A stretch of DNA of 62,445 bases, filler included, from Globobulimina sp. (lineage: Eukaryota), in assembly GCA_003354225.1 (NCBI GenBank). It is 35 parts of 35 records of this genome, joined end to end, with 100 filler letters (N's around TTAATTAATTAA, not from the genome) between each part and the next. Parts side by side here need not be neighbours in the genome. Positions count along the whole stretch, not along the records: positions 10,729 to 12,416 come from PIVH01013107.1; positions 12,517 to 14,204 come from PIVH01013108.1; positions 14,305 to 15,992 come from PIVH01013109.1; positions 16,093 to 17,780 come from PIVH01013110.1; positions 17,881 to 19,568 come from PIVH01013111.1; positions 19,669 to 21,355 come from PIVH01013112.1; positions 21,456 to 23,142 come from PIVH01013113.1; positions 23,243 to 24,929 come from PIVH01013114.1; 27 more parts are not named here. One strand, 5' to 3'. Each line of letters begins with the position of its first letter. Positions within the stretch are counted from its first letter, which is position 1. The translations under genes and the position numbers were made by a program. Shown piece after piece: positions 12,070 to 24,791 of this stretch. Under the pieces are notes generated by a model. That model was given only the letters and a program-made list of their open reading frames with translations. It had not been told where the DNA came from and ran no database searches.

Positions 12070-12516
12070 TCGATTGCGACAGTTTGTGGTTTACCGCTTG
12101 TGAAGCATTAACACAAATATGTGAAGGGGTTGTTTTTCTTTTACAGCTTACTTACTTCGTGAAAATCTTAAAATCACTGTTAATATAATAAAAAATGATG
12201 CAATGCAAAATGCAATCATAAATGCCAAAATGAAAACATTCTTAGAATTGCCATGGTCGAAAGCAAAAGAAATCAATTTACATTTAGTCATCCTCTAATT
12301 CAGCTAATTCCTCTTCGATGGAAAGTTGAACTGTGAAACATGATAAGTTCCAGAAATATGGCATATATTTTTTGCAAATGTAATGAAATTCATTGAGCTC
12401 AACAAAAATCCAAAAANNNNNNNNNNNNNNNNNNNNNNNNNNNNNNNNNNNNNNNNNNNNTTAATTAATTAANNNNNNNNNNNNNNNNNNNNNNNNNNNN
12501 NNNNNNNNNNNNNNNN

Positions 12517-12635
12517 ACAAAATATGTACGTCTCTCTCACCTAATTTCATAGGCTCTTTTTTTTTGATAAAATCCCTTTTCGTTCTGCTGCAGCTCAAAG
12601 TTATTAACAATGCTGAAAACAAAGAGGTTAAAAAA
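12517..12635. repeat. 119-bp terminal direct repeat, copy 1
   Basis: Identical by eye to 14086-14204 at the other end of the same contig. Confidence 0.93.
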
Positions 12636-12727
12636 TATCTTTGCTGCCACTCGCAACAATGGTGATAATTATGAGAAGCCATATCGCATAAATCATATTT
12701 TTCATAAATTAAATATTTACAAATCAT
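12517..12727 (-). CDS. 5' part of the circularly permuted PHTF-like gene
   Basis: MICKY...RDVHIL overlaps the N-terminus of ORF 13547-14191 through the terminal repeat. Confidence 0.6.
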
Positions 12728-13002
12728 GTTGATAAAATTAGATAGAAATAGCCAAATTACATAAAATTATTTTTATCTTTGCATTCCACTCGCAGATCCT
12801 TTAATATTGTGGGATTTTCAAAAATTAGATGAATTTTGGATCGGATAGCAAGCAGTGTATTTTGAAAAAAAAATAGTTCAAGAATCGATGCTAGTATACG
12901 ATGATCAGCATTCTGCGAATCAAGGAAATTATTACTTAAAATAAATATATAGGTACAGATGTTATAGACTTGAATTGAGATTTAAAACATGATAATGAAA
13001 TA

Positions 13003-14204
13003 TCATTTGAATGTGTCATAAACCAATTTCCCAATCACTGCAATTAATATTGACATACCATATCCTCGAAAAATATTTACTGTCTTTACTGTTATTTGTA
13101 TCCCCAAGAATGTTGGACCTGGCTGTTCTTCAATCAATTTATCAACCAATATTTCACATAATTCAATCATATTCAATTTCAATGCAATTACATCCCCATC
13201 ACCTTTGTTGGTGATTAACATTTTCGTTTCAATTTGTAATCGAATCATCTCCTTTTTCATCACATTTTTATGTTCCATCTGCTCTGTATATGGCAAAATA
13301 GAATATCCCAACACCTGAACAGCAGATATTATTATAAAAATACTCCAATAAAACAACAACAGCGTCCACTCTAAATATCCAAACATATCCTTCATTGACG
13401 TCCATAATGCATCGAAGGCATTTCCATTATCTGCATCAAACTGTGATGGTGGATCATAACCAACCAATAACAATATATCCATGATTGCTATTTATATATA
13501 CATGTATATACACACAACATACATGCAAATATAGTGAAAGAGTATGTTACATACTGCAAAGCACCAATAACAACAACATTGATTTTGTGAATCTATTGCA
13601 ATATTCATAGTATGAGGGCACTTCATATGTAATGATATATTTTCTTCTCTTCCACCATTGTTTAATATCTTCAATGGATAGAAATTCTAATCCATCTGAT
13701 AACGTTTTCATTGCCGTATATGCCGTATAATAGATTTTACAAACTTTAGAAATGGAGCTGCAGCATAATACAAACCACACAGCGCCGCAAATACCGTATA
13801 TAATCATAAACGGATAATCAATAGACGTAGTAATAAATGGTATTCTAGTTTGAGTGTTTCCCTCTGTCTCCAAATGACTGTAATAAATCCTCATAAAATA
13901 TTCTTGTAACAACGTAACACCTGAAATACAAATAGAAAATAAATATATCAATATAAAATTCAATCGCTGCCGCATGAATCCCTCCGCTAAGTATGAACCC
14001 CTCCATCGGTATAAACAAAACACTTTCGTCAATCTACTAAACCCAAAACCAGATTCCTTAATCACTTCTTTATTGGTAAGTGCACACAAAATATGTACGT
14101 CTCTCTCACCTAATTTCATAGGCTCTTTTTTTTTGATAAAATCCCTTTTCGTTCTGCTGCAGCTCAAAGTTATTAACAATGCTGAAAACAAAGAGGTTAA
14201 AAAA
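13003..14204 (-). CDS. Multi-pass membrane protein, PHTF/7TM-ion-channel-like; intron 13488-13554
   Basis: gtatgt...atag intron joins two ORFs in frame; EDIKQWWKRRKY and PTFLGIQITVKTVNIFRGYGMSILIAVIGKL resemble the PHTF C-terminal region. Confidence 0.6.
14086..14204. repeat. 119-bp terminal direct repeat, copy 2
   Basis: Identical by eye to 12517-12635. Confidence 0.93.
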
Positions 14205-14304
14205 NNNNNNNNNNNNNNNNNNNNNNNNNNNNNNNNNNNNNNNNNNNNTTAATTAATTAANNNNNNNNNNNNNNNNNNNNNNNNNNNNNNNNNNNNNNNN
14301 NNNN

Positions 14305-15655
14305 ATAAAATAAAATGACCAAATAAATATCCTGCCAACCATCCTACTCTGTCACTGTCAGATAAAGTGGTTCCTGCCGCCACCCCCCACATCCAAACCA
14401 TTGCAAAATTAAAAATTACTTTAAAAACAAAACCAATCCACCATTTCCAACCTGATGCACCAAATTTAATTATTGGTTTTTTCGTCGGTGGTTTAGCATT
14501 AATTTTTTTCCAAATATCATTGATTTCGGCTCTCAAATCAGAAACAGTTGTTTCTAATTGTGATATTTTATCATCTTTTAATGTATTTTTAGATTCCAAC
14601 TCAAAAATACGGATCTGACTTTCTGAGCTGCTGCTTTTTAATTCATTTAACAATAATTGATAAGAATTATCCATATCATATACAATATTAACGGGTTCGG
14701 TTTGAATCGGAATATAAAATTTGTCAAATAATACAAAAACAATCATCGATAACAATAACACCAAAATACCCACAGTAACTCGATTAAATTGGGTCGAAAC
14801 TGAATCTTTTGCTTCTTTCTTAACTTTATATGATTGAATATTTATTTTATTAATCTGTTCATTAATATCATTGATGCGATTTTTACTTTCATTCAAAGCA
14901 GTAATTATTTCTTCTTTATTTGACTGACATTCTTCACTAAAAACTTGTTGTTCATTATCTAATGATTTAACTGTTTTGTTCATAACATCCAAATGATGCA
15001 CCAAATGGTTTTCTTTATGTTTAACGTAACGCATTTTAATTAATTTGGCCATACACCCAATATACTCACATTTCACTGGTCTGTACACACATTCATTCAC
15101 ATGCTTTTCTAATTTTTTATATTTATTTCGCCAATTACAATATTTATTGTCTTCATCATCATCCTTGGAGTTATGTGCAGCTTTTGCAATATTACAATTT
15201 GTAATTAATATTTGTCCTGCTCCATCACCTTCTTTTTCTTCAAATCGTTTCTCTTCGACACGGCCACCATTTACTGAGTCACAATTCAGAAATATGCAAA
15301 TTGTAAAATATATAATTATATTTTTTTAACTGTTGAGCAATCTCTGTTGAAATTTGAGTGAATATGGACATATTGCTCTTAATTGAGGGATGTCAAATTG
15401 TTCATTGTCTTGAAATATTGGTGATTTATGATGCGTTATTGGACATTCATTCTTTTGCTGCCACCATACGGCACAATTTGAACAAAATAATTTTTTTATT
15501 TTCTTGTGATATGATGTATCACAATTTAACATCTGAGCTGATTCTACGATATTAATACATCCTGAATTACTACATGCATATGTCCTGTGTTTGGACTCGT
15601 CATCAATTAAGCGATAATCAGTTAAGACAGGCTCTGAAATTACTGAAAGTGACAT
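14305..15655 (-). CDS. RING-like + TRAF-type zinc finger, coiled-coil and TM protein, 3' partial; intron 15274-15330
   Basis: FCSNC..CPITHH, LRAICPYS, CNWRNKYKKLEKHVNECVYRPVKCEYIGC; the intron joins the frames. Confidence 0.7.
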
Positions 15656-15708
15656 TGTAACCAACAAAACCGACTTTCAAAGTTATTACAAACAAGCGTT
15701 TGTAAGGA

Positions 15709-15992
15709 ATGGCGGAAGCTGAAGGTGTATTTCAACCACAATCAAAAGTGAAAATACATACAGCAGTAACGGCACTCACTAACCGTCGATGTATTGCATT
15801 CAATTTTATATTTTCAATAGTTGTATCATTGCCAATTTGCTTTGCTGTAAAGATGAATGAATTAAGCATTCATTACCGCCGTGAAGACAGTGACAGCTCT
15901 AACTATTTTACATGCGGTTGGAATGAATTTTATACAGATTGTACTGATACTGATACTTTCTACGGATCGCCGGATGTTATTTCATCAAAAAA
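15709..15992 (+). CDS. Hypothetical membrane protein, 3' partial
   Basis: ATG-initiated frame with one TM segment followed by a CGW/C extracellular loop. Confidence 0.45.
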
Positions 15993-16092
15993 NNNNNNNN
16001 NNNNNNNNNNNNNNNNNNNNNNNNNNNNNNNNNNNNTTAATTAATTAANNNNNNNNNNNNNNNNNNNNNNNNNNNNNNNNNNNNNNNNNNNN

Positions 16093-17587
16093 ATATCAAC
16101 ATATTTACTACACACTGCACCCCAATAATGCTTAACATTTTTCTTTTGACTCAACCAATAATTATTTAGGTGATTTCCGCTGTGATCAAAGCCAATTTCT
16201 GTCAATTTTAAAAAATAATTAATTTTTCGACTTTTTATTGTTGAATAAGGATTTGTATGTATTAGAAATGGTATTTTTCCATTATGTTTCACCAAAAACA
16301 ATTCCTTCTCAAAATCTTTAATTTTATATCTTTTAAAATAGCCAATTCCATGCTTCGTACTGGTATAAACTGTATTAATTTTCACAATTTCCATTTCATC
16401 GTAACCCAAATATTTAAATAAAATGCAGGTTATAATATCTGTTGAAGGCAAAAATAGTAACAAACAATCAAAAATGTATTGTTTCTCAGCTGGACAGCGC
16501 AAATTTTTATTTTCAGGATAAACAAATTGCCATTCTGGACATTCTATATTTTGTAAATATGGATACTGTGATTTCCATATAAATTCTCCAATGCATTTTA
16601 ATGGATTGTTATTGCAAAAACCTCCAAATTCGCCAAAACGATTTCGATATTTATATTTTATCGGAATGATAACTGTATCATCATACGCAGTAAAACTGTC
16701 ATCTCTGTTTTTCATGGCTGGAATATACGAATATGATTTAATTAATTTATTATTTGTTGGTTCAAGAATTTCTAATTCTGCCTCCAACAATGTATGTATT
16801 ACAACCTCTTCATTAAACAAGTTACGTTGAACTGATTCATTTTGATATAGTACGTTTGTAATCAATTTCATTGTAACTGATATCTTAACTTTATTAGTAT
16901 TGTTATTCTCTAATTTTGCATGCTTTTGACTGTTTGGTTTGGTTGAAATGATATTTTGCTTGTTTTCATTATAAAATTCATCTATTTCGTCAACAAATTC
17001 TTGGTAATTTTCCGGAATATTTTCGATGTTTTCTGCAGCTGATTTTGTTTGGTTACTATAGGGATTTAAACATATTTGACATTTTGGTAATTGTTGTACA
17101 TTGCAATAGGTGCATTTTGAACAAATCCAAACTGGGATTGATAATATATCCCATATATTGCTAAAATGAGTTATTATTATATATATTTTGTGTTTTTTAT
17201 AGTTTATAATAAATGTTTTTGTGGCCGTAACTTGCAAAATTGACCTAATGTCAGGTTATGGGATGTGTTTCTATGACGATTGGAAGAAACTGTCTGTGGC
17301 ATAGTATGTTGATTGGAATACGAATATGATGTATTGCACATAGTACAATGTGATTTTCTTTGAATATTTGTGTAAGTACATATTGAACAATTCCATACAG
17401 GAATAGAGTTACAATTAATGGATGTTTCGTAATCAATCATATCAAATTCATTAATTTCATACCGTTTATTTTGCTCATCTCTTCTCCATTTCCTATCCCC
17501 TTTTAACTGATTTTTGAAATGTTTGGATATTTTTTGATTTTCCCATTTATTTTTTGTTTCTAAATGTTTATCGTAATGCAAAGCCAT
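16093..17587 (-). CDS. Protein with two RanBP2-type zinc fingers, 3' partial; intron 17161-17231
   Basis: WNCSICTYTN...CTMC and WICSKCTYCN...CQIC; gttacg...ttttag joins the two ORFs in frame. Confidence 0.75.
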
Positions 17588-18328
17588 TGATGATGTATAT
17601 TAAATTTGAAGTTAACTGGATAAACAACGTTTTGAAGTTAAATTAAATTAGAACTCGAAATCACAAACCAAAAATGTACGTACACTGTAACAAATGTCAA
17701 AGGCAAATGATTATTACAGTTAAAATGTATTTGCATTTTGATAATATTATTATATGGATTATTATTTTTTTTGCCAATGANNNNNNNNNNNNNNNNNNNN
17801 NNNNNNNNNNNNNNNNNNNNNNNNTTAATTAATTAANNNNNNNNNNNNNNNNNNNNNNNNNNNNNNNNNNNNNNNNNNNNTGGTATTAAAGAACACAAAA
17901 CAGATATCAAAAGTCAAAATCCAGCAATATGAAATTAACAGACGAAACACAAAAATTTCAATCTCACGTCGCTCCAATACCGTCTCTCAACGCAATGTGG
18001 AATGAGATATTATAGCTACCTCATCGTTTTTGGAATTATCCGATCATATACGGTCAGGTTTTTGAACCACTATAAGAAACATAAGATTTTTGTAAACGTC
18101 GGATTATGATTAACATTTTTCTGGAATTGTATACAGTACAGCACCGAGTTAGAAACACTAGAAACGTATGTTTTGGAGTAGAAAATTCTTAGATTAATTG
18201 TAAGAAACAAATGATTTTTATATGTTTATATTCATTAATTAATCAAAATTTGACATAGGAAAATGGAATAAAATATTTTATACTATTAATAAGTGAGTGA
18301 GTTACTGCAATATATAACGAATTATAGT

Positions 18329-19568
18329 CTATACAAAAATAAGTGTTGCCAGATGTTGATATTGCTGCGTCGATTTGAATCTCATATAGGTATCTTGCAT
18401 CAAACCAAATACTTCGTCACAACAGCCATTAAACATCAACAACAAATCTATGACATTTATGTTATCATTATTCATCCATTCAGAATGATTTCCCATTAAT
18501 CCATTCAATCGGTATCGTAGTCGATATGGTATATTGATCTCATATTCGCTCGCTTGCTCCACATATTTGCTATACAACGCATGCGAGATTTTCTTGGCCA
18601 CAATGATAAATTCGCACTCATCATCAGGATCAGTCACTGAATGTTGCGGTTTATGCACAATAAATGATTTAGGCACATTGTTCGGCAAAATTATCCTTTT
18701 ATGCCACAACTCATCAACGTTACATTGATATTTCTCGTTGTTGTCACCATCCGTTTTTTTCATAATATACTGATATACAAACATTTCAAACTGCACACAT
18801 TCCACCAAAACTAATAAATTTTCCAACGAAAACTCATTGGATAAATGTCGCATAAAAAGTTCAAACCCTTTGGCATGCGCCAAAATGTCAGCTAATTCCA
18901 ACTGCTTTTGACCAATATAGACCATGCTTTGCTGTATCAACGGGATGGAATGAAGCACATTGCTGCTTGACTCAATATCGTCCAATATCAACGGAGTTAT
19001 TTTGTGATTGACCCAGTATGTGGCAATCATAGTGATTGCGAATATGCACGAATTGGTTGTCATGACCTGAGTGTAGATGATACTCTGTCGAGCTACGTCA
19101 CCCACTTCCAAACAAAGTGTAGTGATGAACCAGCAAATAAAATATAAGCTTATGTAGTATGCAAAATGATAACTATGGTTCTCAGTGTTTGTGCATAATA
19201 TTCAGAAACAGTGCACGCAGAAACATAGGTATTGAGAATCATAGTTGTCATTTGTACACATTTTGGCAACCTCAAATATAAAATGACATTCCAGCAAAGT
19301 AGTCGCAATTCGTTAGAAATGAAAAAATGGTCCTCTAATTTGGGCGTTTTGAACCAGATAACAATCAAAGAAATCGTGGGCAATAAAAATAAAATGGAAT
19401 CGAATAATAATACAATATTCAAATAAGCAAAGATTTGTGGGTCGTGTTTGTATTTTATTTCGACGGAATATGTGGTTATTAACAATATAAAACAAGAAAT
19501 TGTGATTAAAGGAATAATGACGCGATATTTGATGTAATTATAATTGCCAAACGTTTTCCGTTTATTTA
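18329..19568 (-). CDS. Transmembrane RGS protein (7TM-RGS-like), 5' partial; intron 19149-19270
   Basis: TM helices with EDHFFISNELR, then RGS domain FELFMRHLSNEFSLENL, YSKYV..SEYEINIP, LMQDTYMRF. Confidence 0.85.
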
Positions 19569-20242
19569 NNNNNNNNNNNNNNNNNNNNNNNNNNNNNNNN
19601 NNNNNNNNNNNNTTAATTAATTAANNNNNNNNNNNNNNNNNNNNNNNNNNNNNNNNNNNNNNNNNNNNCTCTCCTTTAAAAAAAGAGTTTAAATTATCAC
19701 GTAAATCGTTCGAAAGCAGGTGGAGAGAGTGGTAGAAGAGAGAGCTATTAAAATTAAAACTGGGCGAAAGTACGAACCGTTCGTGTCGATGCTGTGAAGA
19801 ATGGCGCAATGTTTTTAATTTAGTTTTTATTTTATTTCATTTATCATTGTTGTGTGAAGATTTGAATTGATTGCCATTGTTTTTATTAAGTTATTTTTGT
19901 TTTTTATATTTTACTTTTTATTTAATTGGTTGATACGTTTTTTGTGTTATATATTGCTTATTCAATTTTTCACGTTTGTTTGTTTTCCTTTTTATTTGTT
20001 TTTTTGTTTTGATTGTTTGTAGTATTTTGTTTTGTGACAATTTTTTAAACAGTCTTCAATTAAACACTTTGACAATGGCTTCTTTACGTTAGCAGAAAGC
20101 TCAGTGATTTTAAATAACATAGTTTCAACTAATTCACACTATAAACTACACAGTCGATTAGTTAATTAATGGATATTTATATTGAATGGGAATGAATGTA
20201 ATGGGCACCAACCCAATAACTGGTATTATTAGTAATGAATTG

Positions 20243-20565
20243 CAAACCACCGTATGCTAACTCGGGTGAGTCGCTCGCATATGCTGTATGAATTTTTGTG
20301 GTGGTGACAGATGACCGTTGTATGGTCATATATATATATATATACATATGATCAAATTTCTATGTACGGATATATGTAATCATATAAATATGATGAAAAC
20401 TCTATGTTCGGATATATGATCATATTTATGATCAAAAAACAGTCAAAAGGTTTATGATCATATTTACACCACAAAAAATCATACAGCATATATGACCAAA
20501 ATATATTTTTACCCATGCTGATGGTTTGGTCGAGCGAGTCGTCAGAGTTAGCGTAAGGCTGTTTG
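20243..20565. repeat. Degenerate ~35-bp inverted repeat pair (MITE-like)
   Basis: caaaccaccgtatgctaactcgggtgagtcgctcg (20243-20277) versus the reverse complement of 20531-20565. Confidence 0.5.
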
Positions 20566-21455
20566 GTGGACATGGTCTGTGGTCTCTGTTTTTTTTATTT
20601 TGACGATATAATTATAATATATACACAGTAATTTTATTTATTACGGCTACAAATTGAAAAAAATAGAAATAAATAATTATGGCCATATGACCTTGGAATT
20701 GATTTAAATGTACAGTACACTGCTTGGATATTATTATGCATTTTATTAATATCATAATTCATCAATGTACGGCGTATTTTTTGCAAAGCGTTTTTCATGT
20801 CAACATGAAATGAAGCTTAATGATTAACATGAAAAACTTTACCTCTGTTATGTCCAACATGCAGTCATGTGCTCGTTCATCCCAAAGCGAACCGCAAAGT
20901 CAGTCATTGGATGATTGTGAATTGCAAATGCAATCTCAATCCAATGCACAGTCCTCAAACTCCTGCCTAGCTCAAGTAGAGCACTGGATAGATACATCCA
21001 GAAGATTCAGGTTCAAAGCCTGAGGCGGCCCCAACAAATATATTCAAATAAATGAATTGATTGAGCAAAGGAATGAAAAGAAAAGATTCTGATATCAGTG
21101 ATATTGATATGGATATTGATGATAATCACAATCATAATCATAATGATGATAACAATATAATAATAATAAAGATGAAATATTTAAGTTAGCGATGGAAATA
21201 TCTCAATGGAAGGATAAATTTAACGAATTAGAACAAAATAAAACAAATATAAGTGACCGATATAAGAAATTAGAAAAAGAATTTATAAATTTAGAAAACG
21301 AAAATAATGTAAAAATAAAACAAGTGGAATTGGAAAGAATTGCGTTTGAAGAAAANNNNNNNNNNNNNNNNNNNNNNNNNNNNNNNNNNNNNNNNNNNNT
21401 TAATTAATTAANNNNNNNNNNNNNNNNNNNNNNNNNNNNNNNNNNNNNNNNNNNN

Positions 21456-21757
21456 AAGGCGAGAGAACAACTGTTTTAGCTCAAGATATTGAGGCTGTTT
21501 TAGAGGATGATAATTTATTTATTCCTGCTATTCCGCCAAGGGATTTTTTTCGAAACATAGAAGATGAAATTGAATATTTTGATGATGAATATGATGAGTT
21601 TATGGAACGGATAAACCATAAACATAATGTAAGATATTTGGAGAGACACAAACAGGCATTGTATATACAAGAAAGTGATACATTGTTATTGGATGATGAT
21701 AATGATGATATTACGCCATTAATTGATATGAAAAAAACTACTAAATTGACTGAATAA
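21456..21757 (+). CDS. 3' end of a gene, possibly histone-fold containing
   Basis: Manual translation GERTTVLAQDIEAVL (like histone-fold R.TV...DI..AL) plus acidic tail, stop at 21757. Confidence 0.4.
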
Positions 21758-21988
21758 AAATTCTTAAACAACACGATTTGATCATTTTCATTTAGTCGGA
21801 CTTTTATTTTTTTTGCTCATCTTACCATTTTTTAGTCATCGTTGTGTTTTCAGAATACATTCAATGTTTAGAACTCAATATTCCTTTCAACCAAAAGAAA
21901 AAACAAAAGCAACTAAGAAACACTTCAGTTCAAGCAATAAAAAAAAGAAACATTGCATAAAACTACAAATTACGTAACAAATACTTTA

Positions 21989-23142
21989 TTAATGTGACAT
22001 TTTTCTAATCCATAATACATCCACAGCCTCTAACTCTTCATCTCTTACAACAGACTTTACTGTATTTAATGATATGATATAACCCTTATTTTGAAATGCT
22101 TGAATTAAAAATGTAGATTTAGCGGACCATACATCACATAACCAACTTGCTTCAAATCCATGTGCTCCCTCATCTCGTTCAGCTTTAATCTTAATTTGAG
22201 TTAAAGTTCGAGATAATCCTATCAATGATAACAATGTCATTAACGAAAATGTATATGTTTGCGCTGCAGAATATATTATAATACTTGTTAAAGCTGGAAA
22301 TAATTGAAATAAAATATCACCACGAAATAAATTTGTTTTATCATCTTTGTACATTCCAGTAAGACCATCATAGAGTTGATAATTCCATTCCATTGGATAC
22401 ATTATAATATCCCGCAATTGTTTATTACAATGAACTTGTAATGTTTCCAACGGCAATACAATTTGTATTTTATTCCTGCAAAAACAATCAAATGTTTTAT
22501 AAACATAGTCATCAAATTTATTATCATCGTCTGCACTTAATTTGGTTTTTAATTTCCAATTTATTAGTTTTTGTATAATTCTTCTATCTTTCTTTCGTAT
22601 GGTCTCTCCATCCATAACTTTTCCATTCACCATCCCATCAAAATATGTCAAGCAATGGAAAAAAACCCCAAAGTTCTGATTGGAACTTAAAATCCGAATG
22701 GACTCGATTTTGGTTCTCCAGCTGCCGCCAAAAAATAGCCTCTCATCTTCCTCTTTGTATCTTGAGATCCAGGAACAGTTAAAACCTTTTCCGAGCTCAT
22801 AGCCTCCGGTTGGATTATTTAGCTGTATCACCATACCAACAGCGCCTCCAAATTTGATTGCCACCTTAGTAGCAGTATAGAAATATATATAAATTAAATT
22901 TGAGATAGATTGCATACCTCAATTCGTGAGGACGTCGATGTTGGTGAACATAATCTTATATTAAATTGGGGCACAGCCATTACATATGATAAGCCAGTAA
23001 AAAAAGGGCCAATTAGCTTATTAATTCGATTTTTTGGCTTATATTTTGGTTCATTGATTCCATCCCAAATACCTTCACGATTTTGTCCAAATATTTCCAC
23101 AGTTTCTCTTAATATTTTGCTCATCCACCAATACTTTTTATT
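21989..23142 (-). CDS. ADP-ribosyltransferase-like domain protein, 5' partial; intron 22865-22917
   Basis: Spliced FFTG...PTSTSSRIEVAIKFGG.GMVIQL...SWISRYKEEDERLFFGG follows the R-S-E ART motif order. Confidence 0.6.
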
Positions 23143-23802
23143 NNNNNNNNNNNNNNNNNNNNNNNNNNNNNNNNNNNNNNNNNNNNTTAATTAATTAANN
23201 NNNNNNNNNNNNNNNNNNNNNNNNNNNNNNNNNNNNNNNNNNCCAACTTCATTCGTTCGCTTCGCAATACAAGAGTAATAAAAGACAGAGAAAGAGTTTT
23301 TAATTCGGTCTACTAAACTCTAAGAATTTGAAATGATGAATAATGTTTCAGATAGGTTGTATATGTTTTGCCAATAACAATTGTCAATGTTACATCCATC
23401 CAATCTGGGCAATATAATTATAATATTAGTATAATCAATAACTGCCGGTAAACCTAAATAAATACCAAATTTGAAATGGTAGTTCGAAGATGGCAAGGCA
23501 ATTCATTGCAAGATGACGCTCAGAACGAAGTTGTGATTTAAAGTTTTTGTTCACTGATTTTTGATAATTTCCTTTGGTGTTTGGTACTCTCTAGTAGGTA
23601 ATAGGACTCAAGGTCAAGATGTTACTATTTAGATTGCGGAATTCTGCAAGTAAAGTTGGAAATTGCCCAAATTTGCATAGAGTAAATTGCCCGAGGTGTT
23701 TACTGTACTGTACGCTTTATGCTACTAATTAACTGTCAGATCAAATGACTTTATCATTAAAATAAATAATATTTCCATAAATAAAACACTTTTTATTTTT
23801 TA

Positions 23803-24314
23803 TCAAGAGTGTCCTCCACCCTTTCTTCGCATGACAGATTGGAAATGTCGGGTGAATCGTTGATCATAAAGATAATCTGGGCCATCAGCGTTCTCCAATT
23901 GAGGGTAATCATTTACCGGTAAATAGCCATTGATATGGCCATCTACGTATCCGCTTGCCGGTATCGACCAGTATCTGTTGTTGAGCCAACGGTCAGTGCG
24001 TCTGTTTGGGGGATATGGTGGATATTGTGGTTCAGGGGTGAAAGGTCTTGTCCAATATAAATCGGAGGGCATACCTCGCCGACGCATGAAACAAGGTAGC
24101 AAGTCATCAATTCTTGCTAAAGTTTCGGCAGATCGTAGAGGTGAAATGACCAGTTGTGCTAAATTGGCACTGGGATGATATATGGACATATGGTAACGAA
24201 GTTCGGCTTCAGTAGAAAAGAAAATTCCTGGTGCGATGCATGTTTGACATTGGTATGACAGTAGGCCACAGTGAAATGTTGCTAAATGATCTCTGGCAGC
24301 ATCCAGTCCGGCTC
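23803..24314 (-). CDS. Exon encoding a C2H2 zinc finger
   Basis: ttttag acceptor then DHLATFH...YQCQTC...FSTEAELRYHMSIYH, continuing into ORF 23803-24189. Confidence 0.55.
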
Positions 24315-24330
24315 CTAAAATGTAATAGGT

Positions 24331-24791
24331 ATGGTGGAAACCTCAGGAATGGTGGAAACCCCATGAATGGGGGAAACCTCAGGAATGGGGGAAACCTCTG
24401 AAATGGGGGAAACCTCAGGAATGGGGGAAACCTCTGAAATGGGGGAAACTACTGTACAGAAATGGGGGAAACCTCGGGAATGGGGGGAAACATGAGGAAG
24501 GGGGGAAACGTCAGGAATTGGGGAAACCTCAGGAATGGGGTAAACCTCAGGAATTTTAGTTAAACGATTTTAGTTTGTTCGGTTTTGTTGTTGGTTTTGT
24601 GGTAATGTGATTTTCTGTACTTATAATAAAGTGTGATACTGTGATACAATTTACCTCATAAAAGATTGACTTGTTATTGGTAAACCATATAGAAATCGGC
24701 ACAGAGGGTTCCCCCATTCCTGAGGTTTCCCCATTTCTGAGGTTCCCCCATTTCTGAGGTTTCCCCCATTTCTGAGTTTTCCCCCATTTCA
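24331..24791. repeat. 18-bp tandem repeat arrays in inverted orientation (foldback-like)
   Basis: About 12 copies of AGGAATGGGGGAAACCTC at 24331-24554 and about 5 reverse-complement copies at 24704-24791. Confidence 0.85.

Noticed and set aside
24331-24554. Possible CRISPR array
   Set aside because: Head-to-tail 18-mers without unique spacers; no cas genes.
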